DNA of 64,000 nucleotides from Octopus vulgaris (GCA_951406725.2 OX597814.1:168454001-168518000), one strand, 5' to 3'. Numbered from the stretch's first letter, positions 49,382 to 63,995 are shown. The notes: a model not told the origin generated them from the letters alone. Made by a program: numbers and translations.

Positions 49382-52300
49382 GTATTTGTGTATTGAGAGT
49401 GTAACGGTGCTTTTATGTGCCACCAGCATGGGTGCCATTTGCGTGACACTGGTATTTACCATGACTGTGATTTTGCTCAATTTGATGGGTCTGCTTCTCA
49501 AGCATGAAATAATGCCAAAGGTCTCAGTCATTGCCTCTGAGAGGCCTGATGCTCTTTGTTTCCGTGAGGCCCAACACTTGAAAGGAACTTGCCCCCAGGA
49601 GGCCAGCTTCTTTCTATTTCTGTGTACCAAATCTACTAACAAGACTTTAGTTGGCCCAGGACTATAGTAGAATTCACTTGCCAAAGGCACCATGCTGTAC
49701 AACTGAATCTGAAATGATGTAGATGAAAAGCAGACTTGTTATCATGCAGTCACAGAATTAGATAATGTAGTGAGGGTAAAGATAGAACGATCTTTAGCAG
49801 ACATTCTTGGGTTGTCGTTATAGTTGTTTAGTAACAAGTCAACTCTGATGAAAGACATTCTAGCTGTCACCATTCCTCCATATGTGCAGGAAACTCAAGA
49901 CCACATTATTCAATACATTGCTTTTTAAGAGTCTTGGATGGGATCTGAAGAAGATTTGGCTGTTATTTCTAGTAGGAACCACATGGTTCAACAACAAAAA
50001 AGTCTGGTGTGATGGTAGAGTTTGTTTTTAGGTATGTGTAAAATTCTGTAGTATCAAGTAAGATTGTGAAAATTGCTAAATAGATAGATGTTAAAATTAC
50101 AGATTGCTCTCAACCACAGATGTTTATATAGGTGTGAGAGCATAAATTGTTCACAGATGAATAGATTGTATGAGAGCTGAAGATATTTGAGAAATAATTT
50201 TTAATCGTTCTTGTTTTCTTTTTTATTTATTTTGTACATTCATAGTAAAAAGTCTACAGAGTTAAGCAATATTTTAGCTTCAAAATTTGACGAGGTTATC
50301 TAGTTATAAGAGATAAACAAATTCATTTTAGTTATGCTAAATTTAATTCTTTTCCTGATAAAAAAAATTTTTAAATGAATCCCCTAAAAACATTGTAGTT
50401 ACTTTTAAACAGCTTTCTTTTTCAATAAATTATACTATTTCTGTTTCTAGTTTTCAACTCATTTCGAAGATTTATTAAAATGTTCAAATTTTCCCATTGC
50501 ATTAATAGTTTTTTAAATTTTTAGCTTGCTCCTTTATTGTTTTATTTTTAGAAATTTGTTTCCCTCTCACCTGCTTTTCTCTCTCACCTTCTGCTTTCCT
50601 CATCTCACCCGAGTTCTTTCCTATTTGCTGCAAAACACATTTCTTTTCCTCTCTATCACAATTTATTTGTTCTCTCTTTCTTTGAAATAAACTTCCCTTT
50701 CTTAAATTAACTCCTCTTTTCTTGCTCTCTATTTCCCTCTTAGTCTCTCTTTCATTCTCCCTTCCTTTCTCTCCCTCTCAAAAGCTTTTGTTCCTCTCTT
50801 TCTGTTTACACTTTCCCTCTCTCTTCCTCTCTTATTGAATCTTTCTGTTTCCAGAAAACCCATATTTTCACCTCTATCCACAAATTCATTTTCTCATTCT
50901 TTCTCTCAAAAAAATGTTCTTCTCTTACTATTTTCTTATCTCTTCCCTTTTTCCTCCTCCTCCATATCATTGTCGCTTAACGTCCGCTTTCCGTGCTGGT
51001 ATGGGTTGGACAGTTTGACTGAGAACTGGTCAGCTGGGAGGCTGCACCAGGCCCCAATCTAATTTGGCAAGGTTTCTACAGCTGGATGTCCTTTCTTACG
51101 CCAACCACTCCAAGAGTGTGGTGGGTGCTTTTTATGTGCCACCAGCATGGGTGTCATTCAGGTGGCACTGGCACCAGGCACGCTCAAGTGATGCTTTTTA
51201 TGGGCCACTGGCATGTTATTTTATTTCTACCTCTCCCCCCTCTCTTTCTTTCTCTCTCTCTCTCTTTCTAATGCCTGTCTCTTTCCTTCTAATTCTTTCT
51301 TTAAATCCTTTTTCTCTACTAAACTCTTTCCCAACAACTCTCTTTCTCTCAAATACCAACCTCCCATCACTAAAATTCTCTCTCTCCTAATCCTTTCCAA
51401 ACTGACATTTTCTATCTCTCAAATTGCTTTTCTTCTTACTCTTCTCCAAACCTTTCCCCCACCATCAAACGCTTTGTCTCCAACTCTTTCAAAAAAATAT
51501 CAGCTCTCTCTCCTTCCCACTTACACTCTTTTTCTCATAAACTCTCTCCTCACACTCTTTCTCAAAATACTTTCTCCTTCTAGCAAGCTCTTTCTGTTAC
51601 TCGTTTTCAAACTTCCTTCTCTTCTCATTCAAATACTTACCTTTCTATTCTTTTCTCAAACTCATTCCTCCTTTTCTGCAAAACTCATTCATTTTCGTCT
51701 CTCTCTCTCTCTGTTTTTTTCTCTCACTCTATCTCTCTGTCTATCCTCTCTATAGTCATTAATGCTTCCCCCATTCCCTACATAATTCCACTGGTTCTTA
51801 GCACAAAGAAATCAATAAAATCAATGCTATAAACCAAAGGATCCATGTTGGAAAGGTTTAGTCGTTCCAAGCCCTTTCATGCTACCAAATAACCTGTAAT
51901 GGAATTCAGGGAATGGATATAAATTATGAAACTCAAAAGACTTCAAGAGATTCTTGCATGTGTGGTAACTATGATCAAAAGAAAACTAAATATTGGCATT
52001 GAATACTTTACATTTCTTGTCCATTGTTCTTCCATATACTGAAGAATGTAAGGAAGACCAAAAGAATTAAAAATTCTTTCAGCCAAACGTTATACCAATT
52101 AATTATCTCAGTCGTTGTAGTAGTTGTTGTTGTTGCTGTAGCTGCATAGCTCCAGGTCAACTCTTTATCAAACAAACCCATGACCTGCATATAGTCAGTC
52201 AAACGACTACATGTGATTTGCCAAGCAGAAAGCCATAATGTATTCTCCCACATGCAGAGGTTAATCCCATTGGTTGTGGCATGACAATCAGTACATGTAG

Positions 52301-52609
52301 TCTCTCTACTGGATGTGTGTTCTCTCTATTTCTTGATGCCTGCACACTTTCATGATAACCTCAGTGGAAGCAGGCATGATGGACTTGGTTAGCTGTTTGG
52401 CAGAGATGCTGCTTGTTTGCACTTATTTGGGGGATATGTACCCTAAGTATTTTGTTTTGCTTTTGCTTTTTGGCTAATGAGACTCATACTCTTTTTGAGT
52501 GTGTGTGATTTTCTGTAACAATTGTCAGGGTTGAGTGACAAGAATGTATTATTTTAAGATCGGATCACAGTTATTTTAATGATATTCAGGGGGTCATTTG
52601 TGTGTGTGT

Positions 52610-52654
<45 letters not shown>

Positions 52655-52777
52655 TGTGTGTATAGGGTGTGTATGAACAGATTTATATTTATAAAAAAAG
52701 AAACAGATATATAATAACAGATAATAACTTTATTTATAAAAAAATGCTATGAGGATAAAAATAAACATTCTTTGCCA

Positions 52778-53778
52778 CGTGACCATATTTCTTATGGGTG
52801 ATTTCAACTTCCCCGATGTTAAATGACCTGAAGGTCTCATACTCTCAGGAATGACTCATTGCAAGCAAGCACAGGTGGAGTCCCTGCTCAACCTCATCAA
52901 AGCCCTATTCATGGAGCAAGTTGTACTCAGACCAACTAGGGCGAATAACATTCTGGATCTCTGCTTCATGAACAATATGGACATCATTCATGGTGTGAAA
53001 GTGACGCTGACATTAGTCTCGGATCACAACATAATAGAGATGTCTATGTTTGGGCCAAACGTAACCAGAGACATAGAGCCTAAAGGAAGCACCCAAAATC
53101 TCTCCAATCTGAACTTCCACAAAGCAGAATGGAAATCGATCCAAAAAGAGATCCTCAGATAGGACTGGCCGAAATGTATCTCCACACCAGACATTGACAT
53201 GAAACTAGAATGTTTCATATCTGTTGTGCAAACCATATGCCAGAAATATATCCCAGAGCACAAGGCCAAAACAAATAGGAACAAGTTTCCAAGGGAAAGG
53301 AAGATCCTCATGAGATGACGGGCGAAATACAGAACCCCAGCGATCACGGCATGATGTCATAAGCTACAAGACCTTGGGAGAGTGGCTGCATGACTTGCTT
53401 AAAGACAGAAGTCAGGTCTTTGCAGCCAATGGTGCCTTTTCTAAGGAAACTCAAATCCTAAGTGGCATCCCCCAGGGAACTGTTCTGGGGCCATTGCTGA
53501 TCATAATAGCCCTCTGAGACATGCCCACGATCACTCAGACAGCTACTATCACTAGCTATGCCAATGATACAAAATTACAACAGGCAGTAAAAAAATCAAG
53601 ATGATGTCACAAGCTTACAGTGGAACCTGAATTTGATATACAAGTGGGCCAAAATAAACAACATACAGTTTAATGCTGAAAAATTTCAAGCACTGCACTA
53701 TCAACTCAAGAATGCACTACAGCCTGCATATACAGGACCTGAAGGCACTACAATCCCAGAGTTACAGGCAGTGAAATA
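52778..53778 (+). pseudogene. CR1/L2-group LINE remnant (APE endonuclease and RT fragments, internally deleted)
   Basis: MGDFNFPDV, PTRANNILDL and SDHNII (APE); SGIPQGTVLGPLL, SYANDTKL and WAKINNIQFNAEKFQAL (RT). Confidence 0.85.
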
Positions 53779-53837
53779 CTTTATATATATATATATTTAT
53801 ATATGTACGTGCATATATATATATATATATATATATA

Positions 53838-54166
53838 TGATGACCGTCCACTCATGACCAAGGAAGACCATTGCCGACCTTCAGGAACATTGTGCGCTCT
53901 AGGACTAACTTATATTTTGCATTTGCAGCTCCGTTGGTGGCTAATGAGCCCTGCTCTTGACAAGCATACACGACTGCAAACATTGCAGACCAAGCTTTCC
54001 CCATTCACTATACAAGCTGTGCGCTTTCGCACAGCTCGCTTAAGTTCTTCATGCTGGATACGTGCTCTCTCAAAAGTGTCGATCCCCTCCTTAACCTGCT
54101 TCCTCCATCTGTGGCGATGACAGGCATTGTTCTCCCAGTCAGTGTCCTGTATATTAAAAGCCTTTA

Positions 54167-54170
<4 letters not shown>
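53838..54170 (-). pseudogene. 3' end of an RTE-type LINE with C-terminal C2H2-like finger
   Basis: LKAFNI..DWE..A..RHRWRKQVKEG...CNVCSRVCLSRAGLISHQRSC, followed by a short 3' UTR. Confidence 0.8.
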
Positions 54171-54211
<41 letters not shown>

Positions 54212-54214
<3 letters not shown>

Positions 54215-55044
54215 GGTGTGGTGAATAAACTGTTGTCTAAATTATACAAAAACGAAAATAACACTAATATCTCATTTTAACATATATTTACCAAAATTAC
54301 AAAAATGTCTTGAAATACTAAAGAGTAACTTTATTCAATAAAATCGCCATTGGCTTCCACCATGACCTCCAGACGGCTTCAGAATCTCCTGCAACTCTTC
54401 TGGACGGTCTCCTTGTATAAGTTGGTGAATGCTGCCATAATCCTTGCCTTCAGTTCTTACAAGGAGTTTTGTTGGTCTCTCGCTCAACTGCTCCCCAAAC
54501 ATAATAATCATGGGGATTGCAGTCTGATGAGCTAGGTGGCTGGCTATTAGGGGTGATGTGGTTGCAGATATTGTCTGGCAGCTGTGACTACATTCTCCTG
54601 CTCGTGTGATATAGTGTAGAGTCTTGTTGCCAGACATAGGGTCTTCCAGCAACCACCCTTTTGACTCAGGGTAGCACCACCTCCTTCAGGCACTCGATGT
54701 AGGCCTCCATGTTGAGTCTGAGATCATGTTGGAAGATAAAGGGAGGCATAACTTTTCCATCACTGTGATTACTCCAAACACCATGATGTTGACTGTTTGA
54801 TTTTTATCACTCTCGATACATGTTCTGAAATGTTTGTACTGGAGTTTCCAATGTGAATGCCAAGCAGTACAGCATGTCATTTCCAAATTTATGGCAGAGT
54901 GAATTATGTCATGGTGCTGTTTTTCTCACAGACAGTACCCAAGTGACCCTACTATACTGTGTAGTCGATAAAATCAAAAACAAACAATGCACATGCACAA
55001 AATTAAAAATATAAAAATGACAAAAATTTACCCATCACACCTTG
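54212..55044 (-). mobile_element. Second internally deleted mariner/maT-like transposon
   Basis: Ends tagggtgtggtgaataaa ... atttacccatcacaccttg|TA. The body is reverse-complementary to 20225-21042. Confidence 0.85.
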
Positions 55045-56349
55045 TACATGTATGTACATATAATGTGCCAGTGGCACGTAAAAAGCCCCCACTTCACTCT
55101 TGGAGTGGTTGGTGCTAGGACAGGGCATCCAGCTGTAGAAACATTGCCAGATCAGATTGGAGCCTGGTGCAGCCACTGGCTCTCCAGACCTCAGTCAAAC
55201 CGTCCAACCCATGCCAGAATGGAAAACGGATGTTAAACGTTGATGATGATGATGATGATATATAATATACATACATAGATATATATGTTGTCAGGTCAGT
55301 CTTGGGTGTTATTGGTAACATGTAACCAAATACAACCTATTACATGGTTGGGTAACCAGTGATTAAACTGTCAACCCTACCAAGCTTGCATAGGTGAGGA
55401 AGGTGATTTAGACACCCTGTGAAAAGAAAAGCAACACTTGCTAAAGGGTGGAGCAATTTGTAAGAGTCAATAGCTTTCCAATACTGTGCATATAGAAGAG
55501 TTAACCTCCATGACAAAAAGTCTCTGAGCCAGGGTCACAGTGAAGTTATTGGGAGCAGTATGGTAGATATGAAGTCAAGCATACTCTTTTACTCTTTTAC
55601 TTGTTTCAGTCATTTGAGTGCGGCCATTCTGGAGCACCGCCTTTAGTCGAGCAAATCGACCCCAGGACTTATTCTTTGTAAGCCTAGTACTTATTCTATC
55701 GGTCTCTCTTGCTAAACTGCTAAGTTACAGGGACGTAAACACACCAGCATCGATTGTCAAGCGATGCTGGTGGGGACAAACACATACACACAAACATACA
55801 CACACACACACACAGACACACAGACACACACAGACACACACACACACACACATATATATACATATATATAACAGGCTTCATTCAGTTTCCGTCTACCAAA
55901 TCCACTCACAAGGCTTTGGTCAGCCTGAGGCTATAGTAGAAGACATTTGCCCAAGGTCCCACGTAGTGGGACTGAACCCAGAACCATGTGGCTGGTAAAC
56001 AAGCTACTTACCAGACAGTCACTCCTGCGCCTATATTGATTTTCATTCAAAGTCTGATCTTCATTTGGCATAACTACATAACACAGTCTGGGTGGAAGAG
56101 CCTCTTCAGTCAACAGTCAGTCTAGGGTCAACCAATCCAGTAATCAGATTACTGCCACTTGAAAGAACTGGCAATTAATCAACTCACTTTAGCTACTTGA
56201 AAACACTATGGAGTTTTGGAACCTCAAAGTGTCACCAATTGGATAACAACAAAGAAGAGAAGAATGTGTGTGTGTATATATATATTTGAATAATAAGCTA
56301 CCAGGTGTATACCATATGATTTATTATCTAATAATAATAACAATAATAT

Positions 56350-56401
<52 letters not shown>

Positions 56402-59400
56402 CAACAACAATATACACACACGCACACATACACACACACACAAAGATTGTTTGCTTTCAGTTTCTATCTACAAAATCCACTCACAAGGCTTTGATCTGCC
56501 CAGGGCTATAGTAGAACACACTTGCCCAAGGTGTCACACATTGGAACTGAACCCAAAAATATAAACAGAATGTTGTAAACAAGCCAGAAAAATGTCACCT
56601 AGAACTGACTAACAATAGCCAATCGATGCCCAATGTTGAGAGGTCAAATTAATCAACATGAAGACGACAAATTCATATGTCCATAACTCATATATCCATT
56701 ACAGAAAGGAAGAAAAATTTACAACTAATTGCCTTACTGGCACTTGTGCCGGTGGCACGTGTAAAAACATTCGAGCGAGGTCATTGCCAGTGCCGCTGGA
56801 CTGGCTCCTGTGCAGGTGGTATGTAAAAGACACCATTTGAGCATGGCCCTTGCCAGTTCCGCCTGACTGGCCCTCGTGCTGGTGGCATGTAAAAGCACCC
56901 ATTACACTCTCAGAGTGGTTGGCATTAGGAAGGGCATCAAGCTGTAAAAACTCTGCCAGATCAAGATTGGAGTCTGGTGCAGCCATCTGGTTCGCCAGTC
57001 CTCAGTCAAATCATCCAACCCATGCTAGCATGGAAAACAGACGTTAAACAATGACGATGATGATGATGATGCTTATAAAGACTGGCCATTTACAAAAGTT
57101 CAAACTGTTGCAGTGAAATTGCAGTGAATAGGTTGAAGTTTTGCAACGAAAATTTTGTCACTTCAAAATAACAAATTAAAACTGTACTTAACAGTTGTGT
57201 GCATTCTTTAATAGCTAAAATGACTCCTCTACCATGTAATTGCTTCAATTTCAACATACTGTCTTAGATTAAGTCAAGTACTAGACAGGTGCAACTCTGA
57301 AATTTTATAAGGCATTGATGAATTATTTTAAGATTTGTGGGGATGAGGGATATATTTGTTTAAGCAGTGTTGTTGCTTAAGATGGGATGGGGTATAACTG
57401 TATTGTATTGTTTAGAATTGTTGTTGCTGTTGTTGCTATCTTAAAGAATTTTAAAGAACAACATTACAAAAATGAATAATTAAAGCTTCAGAAAAGTTCT
57501 AATACTCATCTTAAAGAGAAAAAATTGCATAAAAAATTACTCTTTATACACACACAAATATCCATGATCATAATCATGCAGGTGACTGTAGTGTCAAAGA
57601 AAATGACTATTCTAAGCTGCATAACAATAAGATAATTCTGTAAGTGTATCATGAGTGTGATGTATTGGTTGAGCTGAATATATGAAAAGAACACAGACAT
57701 GAGTGGACTGTCTAGCAGCATGACAAGTATATGTCCCACTGGAACAATTTGGGTGATTCTAGCAGCTCAGTGATTTAACTTTTGTTGTCAATGCTGTTCT
57801 CAACACTATCCATTGGCCTTGATGTTACAACCACACTGCTCACAGCTGTCCAGTTTTAACGTATGTGTGTGATCACTACTCACAATTACCAGAGACAGTT
57901 GTATTTATAGCTATTTCTTTCAGAGAAAAAAATTGTCAGAAGCTGGAATTGTCAAAAAGATCCTGTTGCATAAGAAGTTCAAACAGCCAGTGCTTTGATG
58001 ACAATCAACAATTGAACAAATCATATTTGTGTCATACAGTGACATTAGATTGGCCAGTTGTTCAATGACATCATCAGTCTCTTACATAAATCTCCTGATT
58101 GTTGAAACTTAACAATCCTATTTCGATTCCTTCGTGTTTGAGACTGTCAAATATTCCTGCTACAGTTATAATTTGACAAAACGAAAGTGTTACACTATTA
58201 TTGAAGATCAGTATAATGAGTTGTCTAATTTATTAACTTTTCACAGGAAGAACTGATTAAAACTAATTAAGTATCATTAAAGATAAAAATTTTATTGACC
58301 AGTGATTTTATTTCATACTGGTATTAACCTCACTGTAAAATTGACACCATCATAAACTAAATTTGTGGGTAATGAATTATTTAAATCTGTACATAAGGAT
58401 AGATAGTCTTCAAAATTGTTTGTTGGTAGAAAAGTCCCTTGTCAACAGTCAAAGGGAAGACATAGAAAATAGCTAAATTGATAACATTCTTGAGATAACC
58501 TGATTAAAAATGCAACAATTAATAGGATCAGCAGAAGATAGAGATGAATGTGGAAGAATGTTAGACAAGCCACTCCAAAAGTTGGCAGCTGTGGATGATG
58601 AGAAGAGTAGGATAAAAGTAAATAATAATTCTCAAGATGATTATAGGTACAAGAGTGAATGTATTGTAAGAAGTTTGCTTCCCAACCGCATACTCTGAGA
58701 GTCAGTCCCACTGCATGAAACCTTGAGCAAGTGTCTTCTACTATGGCACTGGGCCGACAATAACCTTGTGAATTGATTCAGAAGATTCACAAGCTCGTTG
58801 TGTGTGTGTGTGTACTCCCTTAGGGCAAAGTTTTCTGTCTTAATCCATTTCTGGCTGTCGTCACCACACCTGCCCCCCCCCTCCTCTTTCAGGCTTTCAT
58901 TAGTTTATTCCATGTGTTTGGCTGTTTGATGACACTTGAAAATATGCACAGCTAAGTTAAGAGTTTCTGGTTTTTTAATTGCCTCATTCATTTAAACTCA
59001 TCTATTTTCTAAAATAATTCTTTCTTGTTTGTTCTGCCCCTAAAATGACTAACATTTCTTGGCTACATGTATATACATATTTCATGCTTTTCTCTAAAAT
59101 AATTCTTACTTGTCTACTCTCCTCCTTAAGATGACTCTATCATGTCCGTGGCTGCGCTCCCCCTCCACCCACCACCAATACCAGAAATCTCATTTCTCCT
59201 ACCAGACATCTAGTTGCCCTTCCTTCTCACCTCTTATATTGGTAATCTTGCTGCTCTTTCCTTTCTCTCCCCACCATCTCTGGACTAACTAAACCAGATA
59301 GCAGCCCACTTACCCTCTCTCTCATTTTTTTTCTTACGTTTATATCTGCAGCATCAGTAATGCTTTCACCCACAATGTTCATAATGCTTATATTTACAAT

Positions 59401-59539
59401 GCTCCAAACACTTTCATATACAATGCTTCCTTACTCACACCCTCCAGTAGAGGTAACAATGTTAACAATTCTAACATGTTTGAATGATGGTGGTTAAAAG
59501 CGACGTCTGTTACCAAACAATCATGGGAACCTTCTTTTC

Positions 59540-59989
59540 AGGTGCTGAATGACATCTTTCCTTCCCGTGTTACCTCCCATATCTCTTTCCCAGTTTCCAG
59601 AGTTAGCACTGTAAATGTACGCACATTGAAAGGTAGGTCTAGCGAAATTGTACAGATGCTTGAATGGAGATGTGTTGACGTATGTTGTGTACAAGAGGTA
59701 CGATGGAAAGGAGCTTCAGCCAGAGTCCTCACAGGCTAAGCACATTGGTATAAACTCTTCTGCAAAGGTAATAGTGATCGAATAGGGGTGTGGGCATACT
59801 TCTTGCAGAGAAATGGGTGGATAAAGCCATAGAGGTAGTGAGGGTGTGCGATAGTCAGTAGCATGTAAAAAGTACCCACTATAGTCTCAGAGTGGTTGGC
59901 ATTAGGAAGGGCATCCAGCTGTAGAAACATTGCCAGATCAGTCAAACCATCCAACCCATGCCAGCATGGAAAACGGACGTTAAACGATG

Positions 59990-59990
<1 letters not shown>
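59540..59990 (+). pseudogene. Internally deleted RTE LINE: APE N-terminus joined to the 3' end
   Basis: STVNVRTLKGRSSEIVQMLEWRCVDVCCVQEVRWKG, then the RTE 3' terminus with cgttaaacgatgat. Confidence 0.8.
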
Positions 59991-60014
<24 letters not shown>

Positions 60015-60021
<7 letters not shown>

Positions 60022-60370
60022 ATATTTCGGAACAGTCATTTTGCCAGTTTAGCCAATAAAAACACACGCACTATATATTTGGTGTTATTTTGCTTCAGTG
60101 TTATTTATTTTTTACGTTAATCTTAATCCTATTTTGGCCAGAGTTCTTTCGTCACAGTCCTGTGACCGCATCAGTGGTCCTTTGTTTTCTTCTTTCTTAT
60201 TTGTGTCTCTCCTTACTAACCGTCAGCCATTTTGTATTTCTATTGTATGTCTTCATTTGCGCACGCTTATATCTCTATTTATTGGCTAAACTGGCAAAAT
60301 GACCATTCCGAAATATAACAATATCTGTTTCAACACACGACTTCACATAAAAAATCTTGCACAACAAATA
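60015..60370 (-). mobile_element. Solo family A PLE pseudo-LTR with short inverted arm, in (TA)n
   Basis: 60015-60275 matches 12785-13050. 60277-60370 is the reverse complement of 12739-12832. Hammerhead-like motif at 60136-60180. Confidence 0.88.
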
Positions 60371-60565
60371 TATATATATAGATATATATATATATACATA
60401 TACAAATACATATATGTATATATATGTGTGTGTGTATATATATACATATATATATGTATATATTAAATTAATAATTATATATATAATCATTAATTTGATA
60501 TATAAATTACCTATAATTTTTTATTTCATACTGACTACCTGATATAAATCATGGATGTAATTTTA

Positions 60566-62437
60566 AGCACCACTGATGCTATATTTCTGGTATGACAGCT
60601 GCAGGAGAAATACCTAGCCAAAGATAAACCTCTGTACCTGGCTTTCGTTGACATGGAGAAAGCCTTTGACAGGGTCCCCCAATCCCTTATCTGGTGGTCA
60701 GTGAGGAAAGTAGGGTTAGATGAATGGTTAGTGAGAGCTGTGCAAGCCATGTACAGGGATACTGTCAGTGAGGTGTGGGTTGGCAATGAGTATGGTGAAG
60801 AATTTCGGGTAGAGGTAGGGATCCATCAAGGATCAGTCCTCAGCCCACTTCTATTTATCATAGTCCTCCAGGCAATAACAGAGGAATTCAAGACAGGATG
60901 CCCCTGGGAGCTCCTCTATGCTGACGACCTTGTTTTAATTGCTGAGTCACTATCAGAACTAGAGGAGAAGTTCCAGATGTGGAAACAAGGATTAGAATCG
61001 AAGTGCCTTAGAATAAACCTAGCTAAAACCAAAGTCCTAATAAGTAGGAAGGCAGACATACCACAAATCCCTTCAGGTAGATGGTCCTGCTCGATCTGTA
61101 AAAAGAGCATAGGTAGAAACTCTATAAGATGTGCCCAGTGTAAGCTATGGACACATAAGACGTGTAGCAATATTAAAGGAACGCTAACTGGGAAGATAGT
61201 TTTTGTATGTGGCAAATGCTCAGGAGCAATAAACACTGAAAATATGCAGAGAACAACTTCTGCCACATTCCAGGGAGAACATCTAGAAGTAGTTGATAGC
61301 TTCCATTACCTAGGTGACCAAGTCAGTAGCAGGGAGGGTGCACTGAAAGTGTAGCTGCTAGAATAAGAATAGCCTGGGCAAAGTTCAAAGAGCTCTTACC
61401 TCTGCTGGTGACAAAGGGCTTCTCGCTCAGAGTAAAAGGTAGACTGTATGACACATGTGTACAAACAGCCATGCTACATGGCAGTAAAACATGGACTGTG
61501 ACTGCTGAGGACATGCATAAGCTTGCAAGGAATGAAGCCAGTATGCTCCGATGGATGTGTAAGTACCTTGAGAGAAAAGTTGGACCTAAGAAGCCCCAGA
61601 TGTGGTGTGCAAGAGAGACAACTGCACTGGTATGGTCATGTGGCGAGAATGGATGTGGACAGCTGTGTGAAAAAGTGCCACACCCTAGCGGTTGAGGAAA
61701 TCTGTGGAAGTGGTAGACCCTGGAAAACCTGGGATGAAGTGGTGAAACACAACCTTTGAACACTAGGCCTCACCGAGGCAATGACTAGTTACCAAGACCT
61801 TTGGAAATATATAGTGTGTGAGAAGATCTGGCAAGCCAAGTGAGACCATAACCCGTGGCCTATGCTAGGGGTGTAACCAACCCACTTATGCATACCTTTC
61901 TTTCAGTGGACACTAAACTCTGCTTCTGAAGACCTGTTGAGGCAACGAAATTGAAATAAAATCAAATTCGCAAATTCGATGACTGGCACCCATGCTGGTG
62001 GAGTGCTAACAGCACTATCTGAGCCTGATTGCTGCCAGAGTAGCTGACTAGCTTCTGTGCTGGTGGCATGTAAAAAGCACCATTCGTTACCAGCATTGTC
62101 TTACTGGTGCTTGTGCTGGTGGCACATGGAAAACATTCGAGTAAGGTCATTGCTAGAGCCGCTGGACTGGCTCCTGAGCAGGTAGCACTTAAAAAACACC
62201 ACTTGAGCGTGGCCGTTGCCAGTACCACCTGAATGGCCCTCGTGCTGGTGGCACATAAAAGCACCAACTACACTCTTGGAGTGGTTGGCTTTAGGAAGGG
62301 CATCCAGCTGTAGAAACTCTGCCTGATCAGATTGGAGCCTGGTGCAGCCATCTGGTTCACCAGTCCTCAGTCAAATCGTCCAACCCATGCTAGCATGAAA
62401 AGCATACGTTAAACGATGATGATGATGATGATGATGA
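60566..62437 (+). mobile_element. 5'-truncated RTE LINE (RT with embedded PHD finger, repetitive 3' UTR, (GAT)n tail)
   Basis: STTDAIF, FVDMEKAFDRVP, GIHQGSVLSPLLF, LLYADDLVL, FHYLG and GRPWKTW. Frameshifts after ~61340. Confidence 0.92.
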
Positions 62438-62721
62438 TAATGTGTCTATAGTAGAAATTTTTTATTAGTTGTTCATCTTTGAAATAATAACATTCCAAAA
62501 TGTATCAGGCTCTCATTTCCAGACCTTCCCAATCTCATTTTAAAATTAAACCATTCTAATGATGGTTTGTCCACATGTTCTGTGATAAGTGGCAAAGGGT
62601 CTTGGGAACAATTTCATAACTAGTAAAAATCTTCAACACTGGATTCAAAATTATTGAATGATAAATTCTGGTAGATTTCACGATATGACATTTTTTTTGT
62701 GTGATATCATCTTTGTTGGTA

Positions 62722-63917
62722 ACAAAGGGCCTCTCACTCAGAATGAAAGCGGATTTTCATGGCAATGAAACATGGGCTGTGAATGCAGAGGACATGCAAA
62801 AGCTTCAGAGAAATGAAGCCAGTATGTTCCACTGGATATGCAATGTCAGTGTTCACGTATGAAGTTAGCTGTGTGAAAAAGTGCTACATCCTAGCGGTTG
62901 AGGGAACATGTGGAAGAGGTAGACCCAGGATGAAGTGGTGAAGCACGAACTTTGAACATTAGGCCTCACCGAGGCAATGACTAGTGACTGAGACCTTTGG
63001 AAATATGCAGTGTGTGAGAAGACCCAGCAAGCCAAGTGAGACCATAACCTGGTTTGAGAAAAAAATTAGGTATAAGAGGTATTAGATATAGTGTGCAAGG
63101 GGGAAGACTGCTGGTGTGATCGTTTGATGTGTATGGATGAGAAGAGCTGCATAAAGAAGTGTTGATTTCCAAATGTGGAGGGAAGGCCTGAGGAAGAAGT
63201 AGACTCAGGAAGGCATGGGATGAAGTGGTGAGAAATGATCTTCAGATGTTGAGATTCAAAGGACTGAGACAACTTGTGGTTTGCTCTGCTTGAAAAGACC
63301 TGCCCAGCTAAGTAAAGTCCAGGTTCATGTCCCCCCCACTCCATTACCTATGCTCACCACTGCTGTATTCCCCTCTCCCTCAAGTACCTACCTGCACACA
63401 GTGTCCTTGTTAAATTCCTTCCCCACAACATGTCATCCTATACCTCCTCCCTCTACTAGCACCCACATATTACATCCCTCCCTCAGCTATCACTCACCTT
63501 TTGCAATTTTGTGCACTCACCCAACACCTCACCCTCTCCAATCCCTGGTCCACTTCACTATAAACATCTCCCTGTAACTTGGGTGTTTGGCCCTTGACCT
63601 CACTCATCTTCTTTCACCATCTTTTTTCCTTCTCCTCTTTCTCTCCATCTGAGGTAGCCATGTCCTAATGCAAGACATTTTTGTTGTCCCTTTCGATTGA
63701 GGGGTCTTGACCTGCAAGTTACTTGGTGACCTCCCTGCTGCTGCTGACGCCATGTAAAAGTACCCTTTACACTCTGGTTGGCATCCAGCCATAGAAACCA
63801 TGCTAAACCAGACAGCAGAGCTTGGTACAGATTTCTGATTTGCCAGTTCCTGTCAAACCATCCTATACATACCAACATAGAAAATGGACGTTAAATGATG
63901 ATGATGATGATAAGAAC

Positions 63918-63995
<78 letters not shown>
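62722..63995 (+). mobile_element. Further RTE C-terminal and 3' fragments ending in (GAT)n
   Basis: 62722-63050 resembles 61412-61850. 63070-63320 is a diverged RTE C-terminus. 63740-63995 is the 3' terminus plus tail. Confidence 0.75.

Noticed and set aside
49091-49702. 203-aa ORF
   Set aside because: Runs across SINE, (TA)n and RTE UTR fragments, so it is a chimeric artefact.
50560-51755. 180-aa Leu/Ser/Phe ORF in a pyrimidine-rich tract
   Set aside because: Low-complexity CT-rich DNA lacks stop codons by composition.
57500-58100. Faint resemblance to a mariner transposase N-terminus (minus strand)
   Set aside because: Too degraded, and no TIRs or catalytic motifs were identified.
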